NCBI GenBank assembly: GCA_965205605.1
Contig: CBDBHE010000007.1
Coordinates: forward strand, 393,977 to 457,976
Reading direction: 5' to 3'
DNA from: Spirochaetota bacterium
GTDB lineage: Bacteria; Spirochaetota; UBA12135; COTS27; CBDBHE01
Length of the DNA stretch: 64,000 nt
A program made the translations under genes and the position numbers. The notes beneath the pieces are model-generated. The model had not been told where the DNA came from, searched no databases, and saw only the letters and a program-made list of their open reading frames with translations. This document shows positions 41,301-50,619 of the stretch, in pieces (position 1 is the stretch's first letter; the number at the start of each line of letters is the position of its first letter).

Positions 41301-42938
41301 TCTAATAGAGTCAATCGGTGGATTAGTGACTTGAGCAAAAAGTTGATAAAAATAATTAAAAAGACTTTGAGGTTTTTCAGAAAAAACAGCCAGTGGTGTG
41401 TCCGCACCCATTGAACCAATTGGTTCTGCCGCCGAGTTCATCATCGGCGCTAAAATTATTTTAAAATCTTCCATGGTATACCCAAAACATTTTTGATACT
41501 TAAACAAAGACTCTAAATCTAAAAAAACCTTTTGAGAAGGCTCCGTGACTGTTTTTAAATGATTTGAAAAAGGAATTAAATTAGTTTCATTTGTAGCAAA
41601 ATAATGTTCTAAAGAAGCCATTTTTTTTTTAATGGCATCGTTAAAAGAAACCACTCCTTTTTGTAAATCAATCGAAAAAATCCCTCCTGGTTTCAGCCTC
41701 CCTTTTAAAGCAATCTTTTCATCTTCGACTTCGATCACACCTGTTTCTGAAGACATAATAAAAAAATCATCCTTTGTTAAATAAAATCTTGATGGTCTTA
41801 GGCCATTTCGATCTAAACAAGCGGCTACAAAATCCCCATTGGAAAACACGACCGAAGCTGGCCCATCCCAAGGCTCAACAAGAGTGGCATGATAACGATA
41901 AAACGCTTTTAAACTAGGCTCCATAAGCACATCATTTTCCCAAGCTTCGGGGATTAGCATCATCATCGCATGCTCAATACAATGCCCTGTTAAAACAAGT
42001 AGCTCAAACATCTGATCCAAAGTCGCCGAATCAGAAGTTTCTTCACTTAAAATAGGTTTAATAATTTCAAGATCTTCTTTAGAAAAAAACTCAGAAGTAA
42101 AAATCGCCTCTTTAGAACGACACCAATTAATATTACCTCTTAAAGTGTTAATTTCTCCATTATGTGCTAAAAAACGAAATGGTTGTGCCAGCGGCCAAGA
42201 AGGATGCGTATTTGTTGAAAATCGACTATGCACTAAAGCTAAAGCCGATTTAAAAAGAGGATCTTTTAAATCAAAAAAATACTCTTCTAATTGATTGGTG
42301 GTTAACATTCCTTTATAAACAATCGTCCGACAAGAAAGACTAGGAACATGAAAAAAAAATTTTTCTTTTAAAGTAGACCTTCGTACTTGATGTTCAACGG
42401 ATTTACGTAAAATATAAAGTTTTCGTTCAAAAGCAAGATCATCTTTTAAAGCAGGATTTCGAGCAATGAAAATTTGTTCCATTTTAGGCTCTTGTTTCAA
42501 AGCCCCCTCACCTAAATTAGCAGCATTGACACGCATCTCTCTCCAGTCAATAATCGAAAGACCCCATCGCTTCGCTTCCTTTTGAAAAAGTTGCTTAATG
42601 ATTTCTCGTTCTTTTTGATCTTTTGGAAGAAAAACAATGCCAGGAGCATAATCTCTTTCTTGAGGAAGAGCCATTTTTTTTTTTTCAAAAACTTTTAAAA
42701 AAAATTCGTGAGGGATCTGAACTAAAATTCCAGCTCCATCTCCCGAGTTTGCTTCAGCTCCTTTGGCACCTCTGTGATCAACACTTTTTAAAAGTTCAAA
42801 ACCTTTTTCAATCACTTCATGAGATTTTTCATTTTTTATATGACAATAAAAACCAACCCCACAAGCATCGTGTTCGTATTGAGAAAACCAAAGTCCCTCT
42901 GATTTTAAAACAACCTCTTTATTTTGTATCATTTTCAA
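38391..42938 (-). CDS. gltB: Glutamate synthase large subunit
   Basis: 1515 aa. N-terminal Ntn amidotransferase CGVGF, central FMN/TIM barrel, C-terminal GXXG-repeat domain. Confidence 0.95.
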   Translation of the reverse strand: MKMIQNKEVVLKSEGLWFSQYEHDACGVGFYCHIKNEKSHEVIEKGFELLKSVDHRGAKGAEANSGDGAGILVQIPHEFFLKVFEKKKMALPQERDYAPGIVFLPKDQKEREIIKQLFQKEAKRWGLSIIDWREMRVNAANLGEGALKQEPKMEQIFIARNPALKDDLAFERKLYILRKSVEHQVRRSTLKEKFFFHVPSLSCRTIVYKGMLTTNQLEEYFFDLKDPLFKSALALVHSRFSTNTHPSWPLAQPFRFLAHNGEINTLRGNINWCRSKEAIFTSEFFSKEDLEIIKPILSEETSDSATLDQMFELLVLTGHCIEHAMMMLIPEAWENDVLMEPSLKAFYRYHATLVEPWDGPASVVFSNGDFVAACLDRNGLRPSRFYLTKDDFFIMSSETGVIEVEDEKIALKGRLKPGGIFSIDLQKGVVSFNDAIKKKMASLEHYFATNETNLIPFSNHLKTVTEPSQKVFLDLESLFKYQKCFGYTMEDFKIILAPMMNSAAEPIGSMGADTPLAVFSEKPQSLFNYFYQLFAQVTNPPIDSIREKRVMNLGVILGSKRNILSNKLETNLLIELESPVLSNDAFLKLKTLTQKKFRSKTLSLFFDKKTGLKKAIEDLKQQAQQAVKDDYCLLILSDQFPNENQIPIPCLLATSVVHHHLIPLGRRAFADIVLQTAEVREIHHFMLLLAYGASAVNPYLVFASVQGLINEGLVEKEMQTSALIKNYIKAVEKGILKVMSKMGISTLRSYRGAQIFEAVGLNEAFINECFPGTVSRIGGIGFELLEEEAYKKHQEAYGFVKEETTEVNDFDPGGQYAWRHRGERHLFNPTTIHKLQHACRLNDYSVYQEYADIINQQKDFPTTIRGLLDFKNQNPISLEDVESIEAITKRFATGAMSFGSISWEAHTTLAIAMNRIGGKSNTGEGGEDPIRFKPQGNGDDLCSAIKQVASGRFGVTSNYLVHAKEIQIKIAQGAKPGEGGQLPGHKVDTTIARVRCSTPGVGLISPPPHHDIYSIEDLAQLIFDLKNSNDRARVSVKLVSEVGVGTIASGVAKAYADLVVIAGYDGGTGASPLTSIKHAGLPWELGLAETHQVLLRNKLRDRIVVQTDGQIKTGRDVVIAALLGAEEWGVATAALVAMGCIMMRKCHLNTCPVGVATQDKDLRKLFTGQADHVVNLFHFIAKEVREIMAKLGFKTVDEMIGRTDKLKMKDKITHSKAKTIDLNRLLYHMGEGIKINQQFCCRGQENILKNSLDYQILSRMKIHLDEKKPYRENLSMTNKNRAFGTILSSEISRRFGEKGLPEDHISLKIKGSVGQSFAAFGAKGLTFEIEGDVNDYFAKGLCGAKLILYHPKKSKLIAHENVIMGNVAFYGATSGKAYIGGLAGERFCVRNSGAKVVVESIGEHGCEYMTGGRVIILGAIGRNFAAGMSGGIAYIFEGKKKYQQNINLEMIDLDPLSKEDIDYLKEEIETYHQLVHSIQAEKVLKDWQTLSHQFLKVIPKDYKRVLLAFKEKKSA

Positions 42939-42993
42939 GTAAAATATTTAAAATATCACCTATTTTTAAAGTGTATTATGTTAAGTAAAATTT

Positions 42994-43740
42994 TTAAATA
43001 TTTAAAATACTCCTTGCCACAATTCCTGCTCCATACCCATTATCAATATTAACCACACAAACCCCATCCGCACAACTATTTAACATCGAAAGTAAAGAAG
43101 CTAGCCCCTGAAAATGAGCTCCATATCCCACACTCGTCGGCACCCCTATAACCGGACACCCCACTAATCCTCCCACCACACTTCCAAGTGATGCTTCCAT
43201 TCCCGCTACGACAATGATCACCTTAGCTTCTTGTAAAACAGAGATGTTTTTTATCAGTCTCTGCAGTCCCCCAACCCCTACATCAAACAATCTCTTCACA
43301 CCACACCCTAAAATCTCAGCTGTTAAAGCCGCCTCTTCAGCTACCTTCATATCACTTGCCCCCGCACTCATCACTAAAATCTCAAAATTTTCCTCTCCGA
43401 TTCGTTTAAAAGGGGTGTAAATCATTTTAGCTATTTTATGATATTCTAAAACAAAATTTTTTTTTATAAGTTTTTTATACACGTCCTCACTAGCACGTGT
43501 CACTAAAAGTGGCTGATTTAAGTCTAAAAAGCTTTTCACGATTTTTTTGATTTGCTCAAAACTCTTCCCTTCACCATAAACTGCTTCTGGATATCCCTTC
43601 CTAAAAATTCGATGCGAATCTAGCTTTACATCTCCCAAATCTTCATAAGGTAAGCCTTGAAAAAATTTGAAAGCTTTTGAAACAGAAAGCTTTTTTTCTC
43701 TAACTGCCCCCAAAAGATCCATGAGTTTTTTTCTATTCAT
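42994..43740 (-). CDS. larB: LarB-like PurE-family carboxylase (nickel-pincer cofactor biosynthesis)
   Basis: C-terminal PurE/AIR-carboxylase-like domain (ILVMSAGASDM...VIIVVAGMEASLGSVVGGLVGCPVIGVPTS). N-terminal KLDSHRIFRKGYPEAVYGEGKS typical of LarB. Confidence 0.7.
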   Translation of the reverse strand: MNRKKLMDLLGAVREKKLSVSKAFKFFQGLPYEDLGDVKLDSHRIFRKGYPEAVYGEGKSFEQIKKIVKSFLDLNQPLLVTRASEDVYKKLIKKNFVLEYHKIAKMIYTPFKRIGEENFEILVMSAGASDMKVAEEAALTAEILGCGVKRLFDVGVGGLQRLIKNISVLQEAKVIIVVAGMEASLGSVVGGLVGCPVIGVPTSVGYGAHFQGLASLLSMLNSCADGVCVVNIDNGYGAGIVARSILNI

Positions 43741-43755
43741 ATAAAAAAAAAGCCA

Positions 43756-45147
43756 TTATTTAGCAAAAACAATCGCAAAAACCACTTCTTTCTCATGACT
43801 ACTAAAAATAGACCCCACTAATGGTTTAGAGAGTAAGACGGATTCGAGCGATTTGAAAACTTGGTCTTTAAAGTAAAGCTCTCCTATGACAACGATTAAA
43901 AGACCATAAAACAAAAAATCTTGTAACAAATATTCACTCTCTTTTTTAAGAGTTACTCGAAGCGCTGTAAAATCATCAAAATCAGCAATCTGTTCTTCTA
44001 AAAAAGCTTCTTCTTTTCTCTTAATTTTTAAAACAGATTGTTTAGGAAAAATCAATTTAACTTGCTTCATAGCTTTTTTAGTATCCCAATGATCTTGAGT
44101 CAGGACTTTTTGCCCAAAAGAAAGGATCGCTCTTTCATAAAAAGGAGTTTGAAACTCGATTGTTTGCACTCCGTGTTGAAGGGAGTGAGAAGTAAAAGGA
44201 TCAATAGCCACAACATCTCCTACTTTAAGAGGTAGTTTGCCTGTAAAAGCATTCATCGCTTCTCGAAGAACTTCTTCTTTTTTCACAAGATCTTTAGGAA
44301 GCTGTTTTTGCCAGTTCAAAAGCTTTTGGGGAGCAACCGCTTCTTTTAAACCTATCTTTTCTTTTTGACGATATTCATCTAAAAGCTGATCAATTTCTCT
44401 CCTTACGCTCTCATACGCTTCAACACGATCTAAATAAGCTTTTTTAAAAGCATCCTCATTTTCTTGATACTGATTTAAAACAACCTTATCAAAACCATAG
44501 CGTAAAAATCCCACCCCACTTGGCCACGCTTCTTTAGAAAGATGAGTGACTAGATACACTTCTTTTTTTTTCTCATGCATTTCGTAATACAAGTCTCCAT
44601 AACCTTCATGAGGGAATGGATCTAAAATTTTAAGTAAATTAATTTCCTTTTCTTTTCCTCCCACAAGTGTATGTGGGGCTATTGAAAGGACCCAAGGCAA
44701 AACTTGCTTTTCTTCTCTTTTGTCTATCACTAAAGAAAGTCCTCTTTTCTCCATCCCTGTGTACCAAACTTCTTTTCCCCAAGGTTTTGGGATGTCAATA
44801 GGAAAGAGTTTAATCGGTTCCGCAAAATCAATCAAAGGAGTTTTAAAAGTATCTGCTAAAGAAATAAAATAAAGAATGGCTTCTTCTTTAGAAAAAAAAG
44901 TTTTTACAAAACATTTTTCTTGACGAGTCGTGACCATCGCCAAAATAGAAACAAAATTTTTTTTCTTAGTTAAAAGGTAATAAGCACTCAAAGCAACCAT
45001 CCTTTGATTGTTTTCTGCAAGCCACGTTTCTTTTAAATCATAATGACAAGCTAAAAATCCTAAAGAAGTGTCACTTTGTTTAAAATCTTTAGTAAACTCA
45101 AAAAGAGTTTCTTCAGGTACGTCAGTGGTTGTTTCTAAAACAAGCAT
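43756..45147 (-). CDS. Hypothetical protein, 463 aa; possible cupin-like segments
   Basis: Long ORF 15 nt upstream of larB on the same strand. PWGKEVWYTG and VGDVVAIDPFTSHSLQHG are reminiscent of cupin/PMI-like motifs, but weak. Confidence 0.45.
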   Translation of the reverse strand: MLVLETTTDVPEETLFEFTKDFKQSDTSLGFLACHYDLKETWLAENNQRMVALSAYYLLTKKKNFVSILAMVTTRQEKCFVKTFFSKEEAILYFISLADTFKTPLIDFAEPIKLFPIDIPKPWGKEVWYTGMEKRGLSLVIDKREEKQVLPWVLSIAPHTLVGGKEKEINLLKILDPFPHEGYGDLYYEMHEKKKEVYLVTHLSKEAWPSGVGFLRYGFDKVVLNQYQENEDAFKKAYLDRVEAYESVRREIDQLLDEYRQKEKIGLKEAVAPQKLLNWQKQLPKDLVKKEEVLREAMNAFTGKLPLKVGDVVAIDPFTSHSLQHGVQTIEFQTPFYERAILSFGQKVLTQDHWDTKKAMKQVKLIFPKQSVLKIKRKEEAFLEEQIADFDDFTALRVTLKKESEYLLQDFLFYGLLIVVIGELYFKDQVFKSLESVLLSKPLVGSIFSSHEKEVVFAIVFAK

Positions 45148-45234
45148 GTTATTTCCTTACTTAAAAACGATAGAATAAATCAAAATTTCACTCATTTAAG
45201 AGTTAAAAAAAATGGATTTATTAAATTAAAATAT

Positions 45235-45308
45235 TCGGGCATGGCGGACTTGAACCGCCGACCTTCAGACCCCCAGCCTGACGCGCTAGCCAACTGCGCT
45301 AATGCCCG
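45235..45308 (-). tRNA. tRNA-Pro (anticodon GGG)
   Basis: Hand-folded cloverleaf: 7-bp acceptor CGGGCAT/ATGCCCG, D-arm GCGC/GCGC, anticodon stem TCAGG/TCTGA with loop CUGGGGG (U33, anticodon GGG), T-arm GGCGG-TTCAAGT-CCGCC, discriminator A. CCA not encoded. Confidence 0.8.
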
Positions 45309-45475
45309 ATTTGAAAACAAAGCTTATTATAAAATAAGACTTTAAAATTTCGTAGTTTTTAAAAAAAAAGAAAACCACCCAATCAATAAAAAAAAAGCAT
45401 CTCTCCTAAAATATTTTAATTCTTTTTAAGAGTATAATTTATAATAAACTTTCCTTATCGTTAAAAAATTAACCA

Positions 45476-46990
45476 ATGCAAGAAAAAATATTAATTTTTG
45501 ATACCACCTTAAGAGATGGCGAACAGTCTCCTGGAGGAAGTATGTCGATTGAACAAAAAGTAGATTTCGCCAAACAACTACAAACATTAAACGTCGACAT
45601 TATCGAAGCTGGATTTCCTATTTCTTCTAAAGCTCAATTTGAAGCTTGTCAACTCATCACAAAAGAAGTCAAAAAACCCATCATCGCAGGTCTTGCCAGA
45701 GCCACTAAAGGTGATATTGATGCCGTTTACAAATCTTTAAAAAAAGCAAAAAAACCTCGTATTCATACGTTTATTGCCACTTCTCAAATCCATATGCAAA
45801 ATAAGCTTAATAAAAAACCCAATGAAATTTTAAAGCTAGCCGTTGAGTCAGTAAAATATGCTAAAGAATTAATCAACGATGTTGAGTTTTCTGCTGAAGA
45901 TGCCACTCGCTCTGATCTTTCTTTTTTAGTAGACATCGTAAGCGCCGTCATCCAAGCCGGTGCCACTACCATTAATCTTCCCGACACCGTCGGTTACACC
46001 ACTCCAAAAGAGTACTACAATATGATCAAACATCTTAAAGAACATTGCCAATTAAAAAATAATACCATTTTCTCTGTTCACTGTCACAATGATTTAGGAC
46101 TCGCCGTCAGTAACACCATCGCCGCTATCCAAGCCGGTGCCAAACAAGCAGAGTTAGCCATTAACGGCATTGGAGAAAGAGCTGGTAATGCTAGTTTAGA
46201 AGAACTGGTTATGATTTTAAAAACAAGAAATGATTTTTATCCTTTTAAAACCAATATTAAAATAAAAGAAATTTACAAAACAAGTAAACTCCTTTCTCAA
46301 ATAACAGGGATCCCCGTCCAACCCAATAAAGCCATTGTCGGTTATAATGCTTTTTTACACGAAGCAGGGATTCACCAACATGGCATGATTAAAAATAAAA
46401 AAACTTATGAAATCATAAACCCAAATTCCATTGGAAGAACCGACGATTATATCGTCCTTGGAAGACACTCTGGAAAACACGGCGTCAAAAAAGCCCTTAG
46501 TAAACTTAATCTTAAAATAAAGAAAACAGATTTTCAAAAGTTTTATCAACTCTTCTCAGAAATATCCGATAAAAAAAAACAACTCGATGAGGAAGATATC
46601 ACCACGATTTATGAAGAAGCCACCAAATCAATTAGAGAGGGCTATAAACTCGATTATGTCAGTGCCACCTCTGGGATAGCACCTACTGCTAATGTTAAAA
46701 TCACTTTTAAAAATAAAATCTATCAAGAAACTTCTTCTGGAAAAGGCCCTATTGATGCCGTTTACAATGCTATCGATAAAATGACTCAAACCAAAATGAT
46801 TTTAAAAGAATATCAATTATCTGCTATTGGCTCTGGACACGATGCCATCGGAAATGTCAAAGTAATTTTGGCTAATCATAAAAAAGAAAATTTTAATGGA
46901 AATGGGTATTCAGTTGATATTATTGAAGCCTCTGCAAAAGCGTATTTAAATGCCATTAATCTGTATAAACGAGCAAAAGGAAAAAAATGA
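45476..46990 (+). CDS. leuA: 2-isopropylmalate synthase
   Basis: LRDGEQSPG, HCHNDLGLAVSNTIAAIQAGA, plus a C-terminal LeuA regulatory domain. Confidence 0.92.
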   Translation: MQEKILIFDTTLRDGEQSPGGSMSIEQKVDFAKQLQTLNVDIIEAGFPISSKAQFEACQLITKEVKKPIIAGLARATKGDIDAVYKSLKKAKKPRIHTFIATSQIHMQNKLNKKPNEILKLAVESVKYAKELINDVEFSAEDATRSDLSFLVDIVSAVIQAGATTINLPDTVGYTTPKEYYNMIKHLKEHCQLKNNTIFSVHCHNDLGLAVSNTIAAIQAGAKQAELAINGIGERAGNASLEELVMILKTRNDFYPFKTNIKIKEIYKTSKLLSQITGIPVQPNKAIVGYNAFLHEAGIHQHGMIKNKKTYEIINPNSIGRTDDYIVLGRHSGKHGVKKALSKLNLKIKKTDFQKFYQLFSEISDKKKQLDEEDITTIYEEATKSIREGYKLDYVSATSGIAPTANVKITFKNKIYQETSSGKGPIDAVYNAIDKMTQTKMILKEYQLSAIGSGHDAIGNVKVILANHKKENFNGNGYSVDIIEASAKAYLNAINLYKRAKGKK

Positions 46991-46991
46991 A

Positions 46992-47459
46992 ATGAAAAAA
47001 AAAGAAAAAAAAAACTTAGAAATGATTCAAAAAAATTTAAAAAATTATACTAATTTTTTTGAAAAAAAAAACTTAGCAGAACTGACTATCGAAGAAAAAG
47101 GAATTAAAACCACTTTAAAAATAAAAGGGTTTTTATCAAACAAAGCCTCTCCCTCTCCTATTCCCCCCCCTTCCTCCTCATTACCTCTTTCAAAGACCAG
47201 AGAAAAAAAAACCAATACTTCGAATTACAAAAAAATTACAAGCCCTATTATAGGGACTTTTTACTCTTCCCCAACTCCTGAGAAGCCTCCTTTTGTTAAA
47301 GTGGGAGACAAGGTAACCCCTCAAACAAAAATAGGAATTATTGAAGCCATGAAAAACATGAATGAAATTAAAGCCATGATGAGTGGGAAAATTGTTGAAA
47401 TTTTAGTTGAAAATCAAACGCCTGTTCAAGCAGGAAGCGTTTTAATGCACCTTGAATAA
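46992..47459 (+). CDS. accB: Biotin carboxyl carrier protein (AccB-like)
   Basis: Pro/Ser linker then SPIIGTFYSSPTPEKPPFVKVGDKV...IIEAMKNMNEIKA...VLMHLE, the biotinyl-lysine EAMK motif. Start ATG 1 nt after the leuA stop. Confidence 0.8.
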   Translation: MKKKEKKNLEMIQKNLKNYTNFFEKKNLAELTIEEKGIKTTLKIKGFLSNKASPSPIPPPSSSLPLSKTREKKTNTSNYKKITSPIIGTFYSSPTPEKPPFVKVGDKVTPQTKIGIIEAMKNMNEIKAMMSGKIVEILVENQTPVQAGSVLMHLE

Positions 47460-48582
47460 ACTTGTTTTTCTTTTTTTCTTTTTTTCTTTCCTCGTTGTAA
47501 AAGCAAATTTTACCGGCTACCCTCTTTGGGTATCAGCAAGCCCAGAAATTAAAATAGAATTAAAAGAAAAACAAAGTTATGGACTTTTTTCTGAAGTCTC
47601 CATTTTGCTCCATTGCCCTTATGCCAATGATTATAAAATCTCAAATGATCCTACTTTTAAAAATGCTCTCTGGCGAAAAGTAAAACCCAAAATTACTTGG
47701 AAACTTAAAAAAGAATACATTACAACTGTTTACGTTATTTTTAGAAGGCATAACAAAGAAAAAAATATTAAAGAAATCTCTCCTATTGTTCATTACACGC
47801 TGGACAGAAAAAATCTTGAAAAAAAAATTGATAAAAAGCCCAACGGATATATTAATTGGACTGATCTTTATATTTCCGTTAATGTAACCAATGTCCAAAA
47901 ACAACAAGCAGGAGAAAGATACCTTTTTGCTTCTGCTCAAAAAAGAGCCGAAGAAACAATTAATAGTTATCTTTATGATATTTTAAAAGATATTGACACA
48001 AACTCTTTTTATACGATTAAAGACTTCACATCTATTTACGAAAACATTCAAGAAAAAATTTTAAATTACTTAAACCAAGAAGTTAAAATTAATGAAATTT
48101 TCTATCCATCTAAAAATACGGTCGTTGTTTCGGGAAGTCTAAATCTTTACTCTTCTTTCTTTAAAAAAAATCATTTTATTTCTCTTTTAAAACCAAGATT
48201 AAATCAACAAAGCCTGATTAAAAAAAATTATTACGAAACCATTATTAATACCCTTGTTATTGATGTTAAAAAGATGAATTTTAAACCTTGTCTTTTTCCC
48301 GAAGTCATTTTAGAAAACGATCAAATCATCATTCACCCAAGTTTTAACACAAACTCTAGCATTCCTTACGTGCGCTATATCAGAAGTTTAGAAAAACTCA
48401 ATGAAAAATTAAAGTTTCAAAAAAAACAAAAAAATTCGTTTCTTATTATTAAGCCTCTTGCCCTAAAAATAAAAGAAAAAAGTAAAATTATTATCACTCA
48501 AAGACATAAAGAAATTCTTCTTGGAAACCAACAAACCATCGATCAAATCGCCAACGGAGGGTTTTTTATTTTAACTGATTAA
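47452..48582 (+). CDS. Hypothetical secreted protein (N-terminal signal peptide), 376 aa
   Basis: MNKLVFLFFFFSFLVVKA signal-like N-terminus. 8-nt overlap with accB suggests co-transcription. No recognisable domain. Confidence 0.5.
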   Translation: MNKLVFLFFFFSFLVVKANFTGYPLWVSASPEIKIELKEKQSYGLFSEVSILLHCPYANDYKISNDPTFKNALWRKVKPKITWKLKKEYITTVYVIFRRHNKEKNIKEISPIVHYTLDRKNLEKKIDKKPNGYINWTDLYISVNVTNVQKQQAGERYLFASAQKRAEETINSYLYDILKDIDTNSFYTIKDFTSIYENIQEKILNYLNQEVKINEIFYPSKNTVVVSGSLNLYSSFFKKNHFISLLKPRLNQQSLIKKNYYETIINTLVIDVKKMNFKPCLFPEVILENDQIIIHPSFNTNSSIPYVRYIRSLEKLNEKLKFQKKQKNSFLIIKPLALKIKEKSKIIITQRHKEILLGNQQTIDQIANGGFFILTD

Positions 48583-48610
48583 AAAAAAATGATGAACTAA
48601 CAATGAATCT

Positions 48611-48652
48611 AAAAAAGAAGGCTCTAAAAGTCATCCTAGAACCTTCTTTTTT
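48611..48652. terminator. Bidirectional rho-independent terminator between the convergent hypothetical gene (+) and glnK (-)
   Basis: A-run, then stem AGAAGG(N20)CCTTCT, then T-run: aaaaaAGAAGGctctaaaagtcatcctagaaCCTTCTttttt. Confidence 0.55.
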
Positions 48653-48709
48653 AAACTGTTCTATTTTTTTAAGTGATATATATGCTTCTTTTTTTTAGCA
48701 AGAAACCTT

Positions 48710-49051
48710 TTAGCCAATGGCTTTTTGTCCTTTTTCTCCCGTTCGTATGCGAATACATTCCTCAATAGAAGAAACAAAAATCTTCCCATCTCCTATCTTT
48801 CCTTTTTTAGCTCCTTTGACAATGGCTTTAATTGTTTTATCAGCAAAATTATCATTCACAACAACTTCTAAACGTACCTTTTCTAAAAGCATCATTTCTT
48901 CTTGAGCACCTCGATAACTTTCAACAAACCCACCTTGTTGTCCGCAACCTAAAGCATTGGTAACAGACAAGTTTTTGATGTTGTTTTCAAATAAAGAAGC
49001 TTTAACAGCACCTAAATTTCCAGGTCTAATGTAAGCAACAATTAATTTCAT
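48710..49051 (-). CDS. glnK: P-II family nitrogen regulatory protein (GlnK-like, divergent)
   Basis: 112 aa, immediately downstream of amt. GlnB-like fold pattern (MKLIVAYIRPGNLGAVKASL...GDGKIFVSSIEECIRIRTGEKG). Confidence 0.75.
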   Translation of the reverse strand: MKLIVAYIRPGNLGAVKASLFENNIKNLSVTNALGCGQQGGFVESYRGAQEEMMLLEKVRLEVVVNDNFADKTIKAIVKGAKKGKIGDGKIFVSSIEECIRIRTGEKGQKAIG

Positions 49052-49085
49052 TTTTTCCTCCTAACCCTTCTTAAAGGTTTTTTTT

Positions 49086-50399
49086 TTAAAATCTTCCTGA
49101 ATAAGCTTCCATTGCATGCTCTGAAGCATCTAATCCCATCAATTCTTCTTGTTCAGAAACACGAACGCCTAAAATGATTTTTAAAATCATAAAAAGCACA
49201 AAAGCTGCAACAACCGTAAAAAGCCCATAAGCACCAACCCCTAAAAGTTGGATGATAAAACTATGGTTTTTACTAAAAAGACCGACTGCCAAAGTACCCC
49301 AAATACCACAAACTAAATGAACAGAAATCGCTCCTACTGGATCATCTATTTTTAAAACTGATTCAATAAAAATCACTGAAAACACAACCAAGACTCCAGA
49401 AACCAAACCAACCACACAGGCAGCAAAAATACTTAACACATCTGCTCCTGCTGTAATCCCCACTAAACCAGCCAAAGCACCATTAAGCACCATCGACAAA
49501 TCAGGTTTTTTTTGTAATAATTTTGAAGTCATCGCCGCACCAACAATCCCACTAGACGCCGCTAAAGAAGTTGTCACACACACAAAAGCAATCACTCCCG
49601 CATCAGCTGATAAAACAGATCCACCATTAAATCCAAACCATCCAAACCAAAGTAAAAAAGTCCCAATCGTAGCAAGAGGCAAACTATGACCTCGTATCGC
49701 CATCACAGACTCCCCATCATATTTGCCCATCCTCGATCCTAAAATAGAAGCACACACTAAAGCACCCCAACCCCCTACGGAATGCACCAACGTAGAACCA
49801 GCAAAATCATAAAATCCTCTCTGATCCAACCAGCCTCCTCCCCATTTCCAACTTCCTAAAATAGGATAAATCAATCCAACAAAGAAAATAGAAAATATAA
49901 GGAAACTAGATAATTTAATTCTTTCTGCAACCGCTCCTGAAATAATCGTCGCCGCTGTTGCTGCAAACATCGCTTGAAAAAGAAAATCAGTATAATAACT
50001 ATAACTTCCATCAGCGTAATCAATCAAGCCTAAACTCCCTTTCGGACTCTCTATACCAAAGCCTCCAAAGCCAAACCAATTGGAAAAAATCCAGCTCTCT
50101 CCAGGATACATTAAGTTAAAACCAAGCAACGCATACGTTAAAATCCCTATCGAAAGAATTAAAACATTCTTAAACAAAATATTAACCGTATTCTTTGCTC
50201 TCGTTAACCCACTCTCTAAAGTAGAAAACCCTAAATGCATGATAAAAACTAAAAAAGCAGCTAAAAGAATCCAAAGATTATTCACTGTAAACATCGCCTC
50301 TTTAGCTAAATCTAACTCTTCCCCTGTTTCTGAAAAAAGAAAAGTAGATAAGATCAACCCCATTAAAAAAAGTTTTTTAATCATTCTCATAAAACACAA
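49086..50399 (-). CDS. amt: Ammonium transporter
   Basis: 11-TM Amt signature DFAGSTLVHSVGGWGALVCASILGSR, twin-His region. Confidence 0.9.
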   Translation of the reverse strand: MCFMRMIKKLFLMGLILSTFLFSETGEELDLAKEAMFTVNNLWILLAAFLVFIMHLGFSTLESGLTRAKNTVNILFKNVLILSIGILTYALLGFNLMYPGESWIFSNWFGFGGFGIESPKGSLGLIDYADGSYSYYTDFLFQAMFAATAATIISGAVAERIKLSSFLIFSIFFVGLIYPILGSWKWGGGWLDQRGFYDFAGSTLVHSVGGWGALVCASILGSRMGKYDGESVMAIRGHSLPLATIGTFLLWFGWFGFNGGSVLSADAGVIAFVCVTTSLAASSGIVGAAMTSKLLQKKPDLSMVLNGALAGLVGITAGADVLSIFAACVVGLVSGVLVVFSVIFIESVLKIDDPVGAISVHLVCGIWGTLAVGLFSKNHSFIIQLLGVGAYGLFTVVAAFVLFMILKIILGVRVSEQEELMGLDASEHAMEAYSGRF

Positions 50400-50602
50400 A
50401 CCTCCATTATAAAAAATTTCTTTTTAAAAAACTACTTGAAATACTATTATCAAAATTAATGCCAATATTATTAAAAAATAATTTAATAAAGCTTTATCCT
50501 CTCATATTCTTTTTTTAAATCAAAAAAATAATCCCTTTTTTAAAAATCCTTGTTTGATTTTATCTTTTTAGTTTAAAAAAAAAGACCAATAAATAATCTT
50601 TA

Positions 50603-50619
50603 TGACTATTTTATAGTCA
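50603..50619. promoter_or_regulatory. Perfect 7-3-7 palindrome TGACTATtttATAGTCA upstream of amt-glnK, flanked by the inverted repeat GACCAA...TTGGTC; candidate operator
   Basis: Read directly in the 272-bp region upstream of amt. Confidence 0.4.

Noticed and set aside
43756-45147. Assigning the 463-aa protein as LarC or LarE
   Set aside because: It has neither the LarE PP-loop (SGGxDS) nor the LarC DUF111 motifs I would expect, so it is left as hypothetical.
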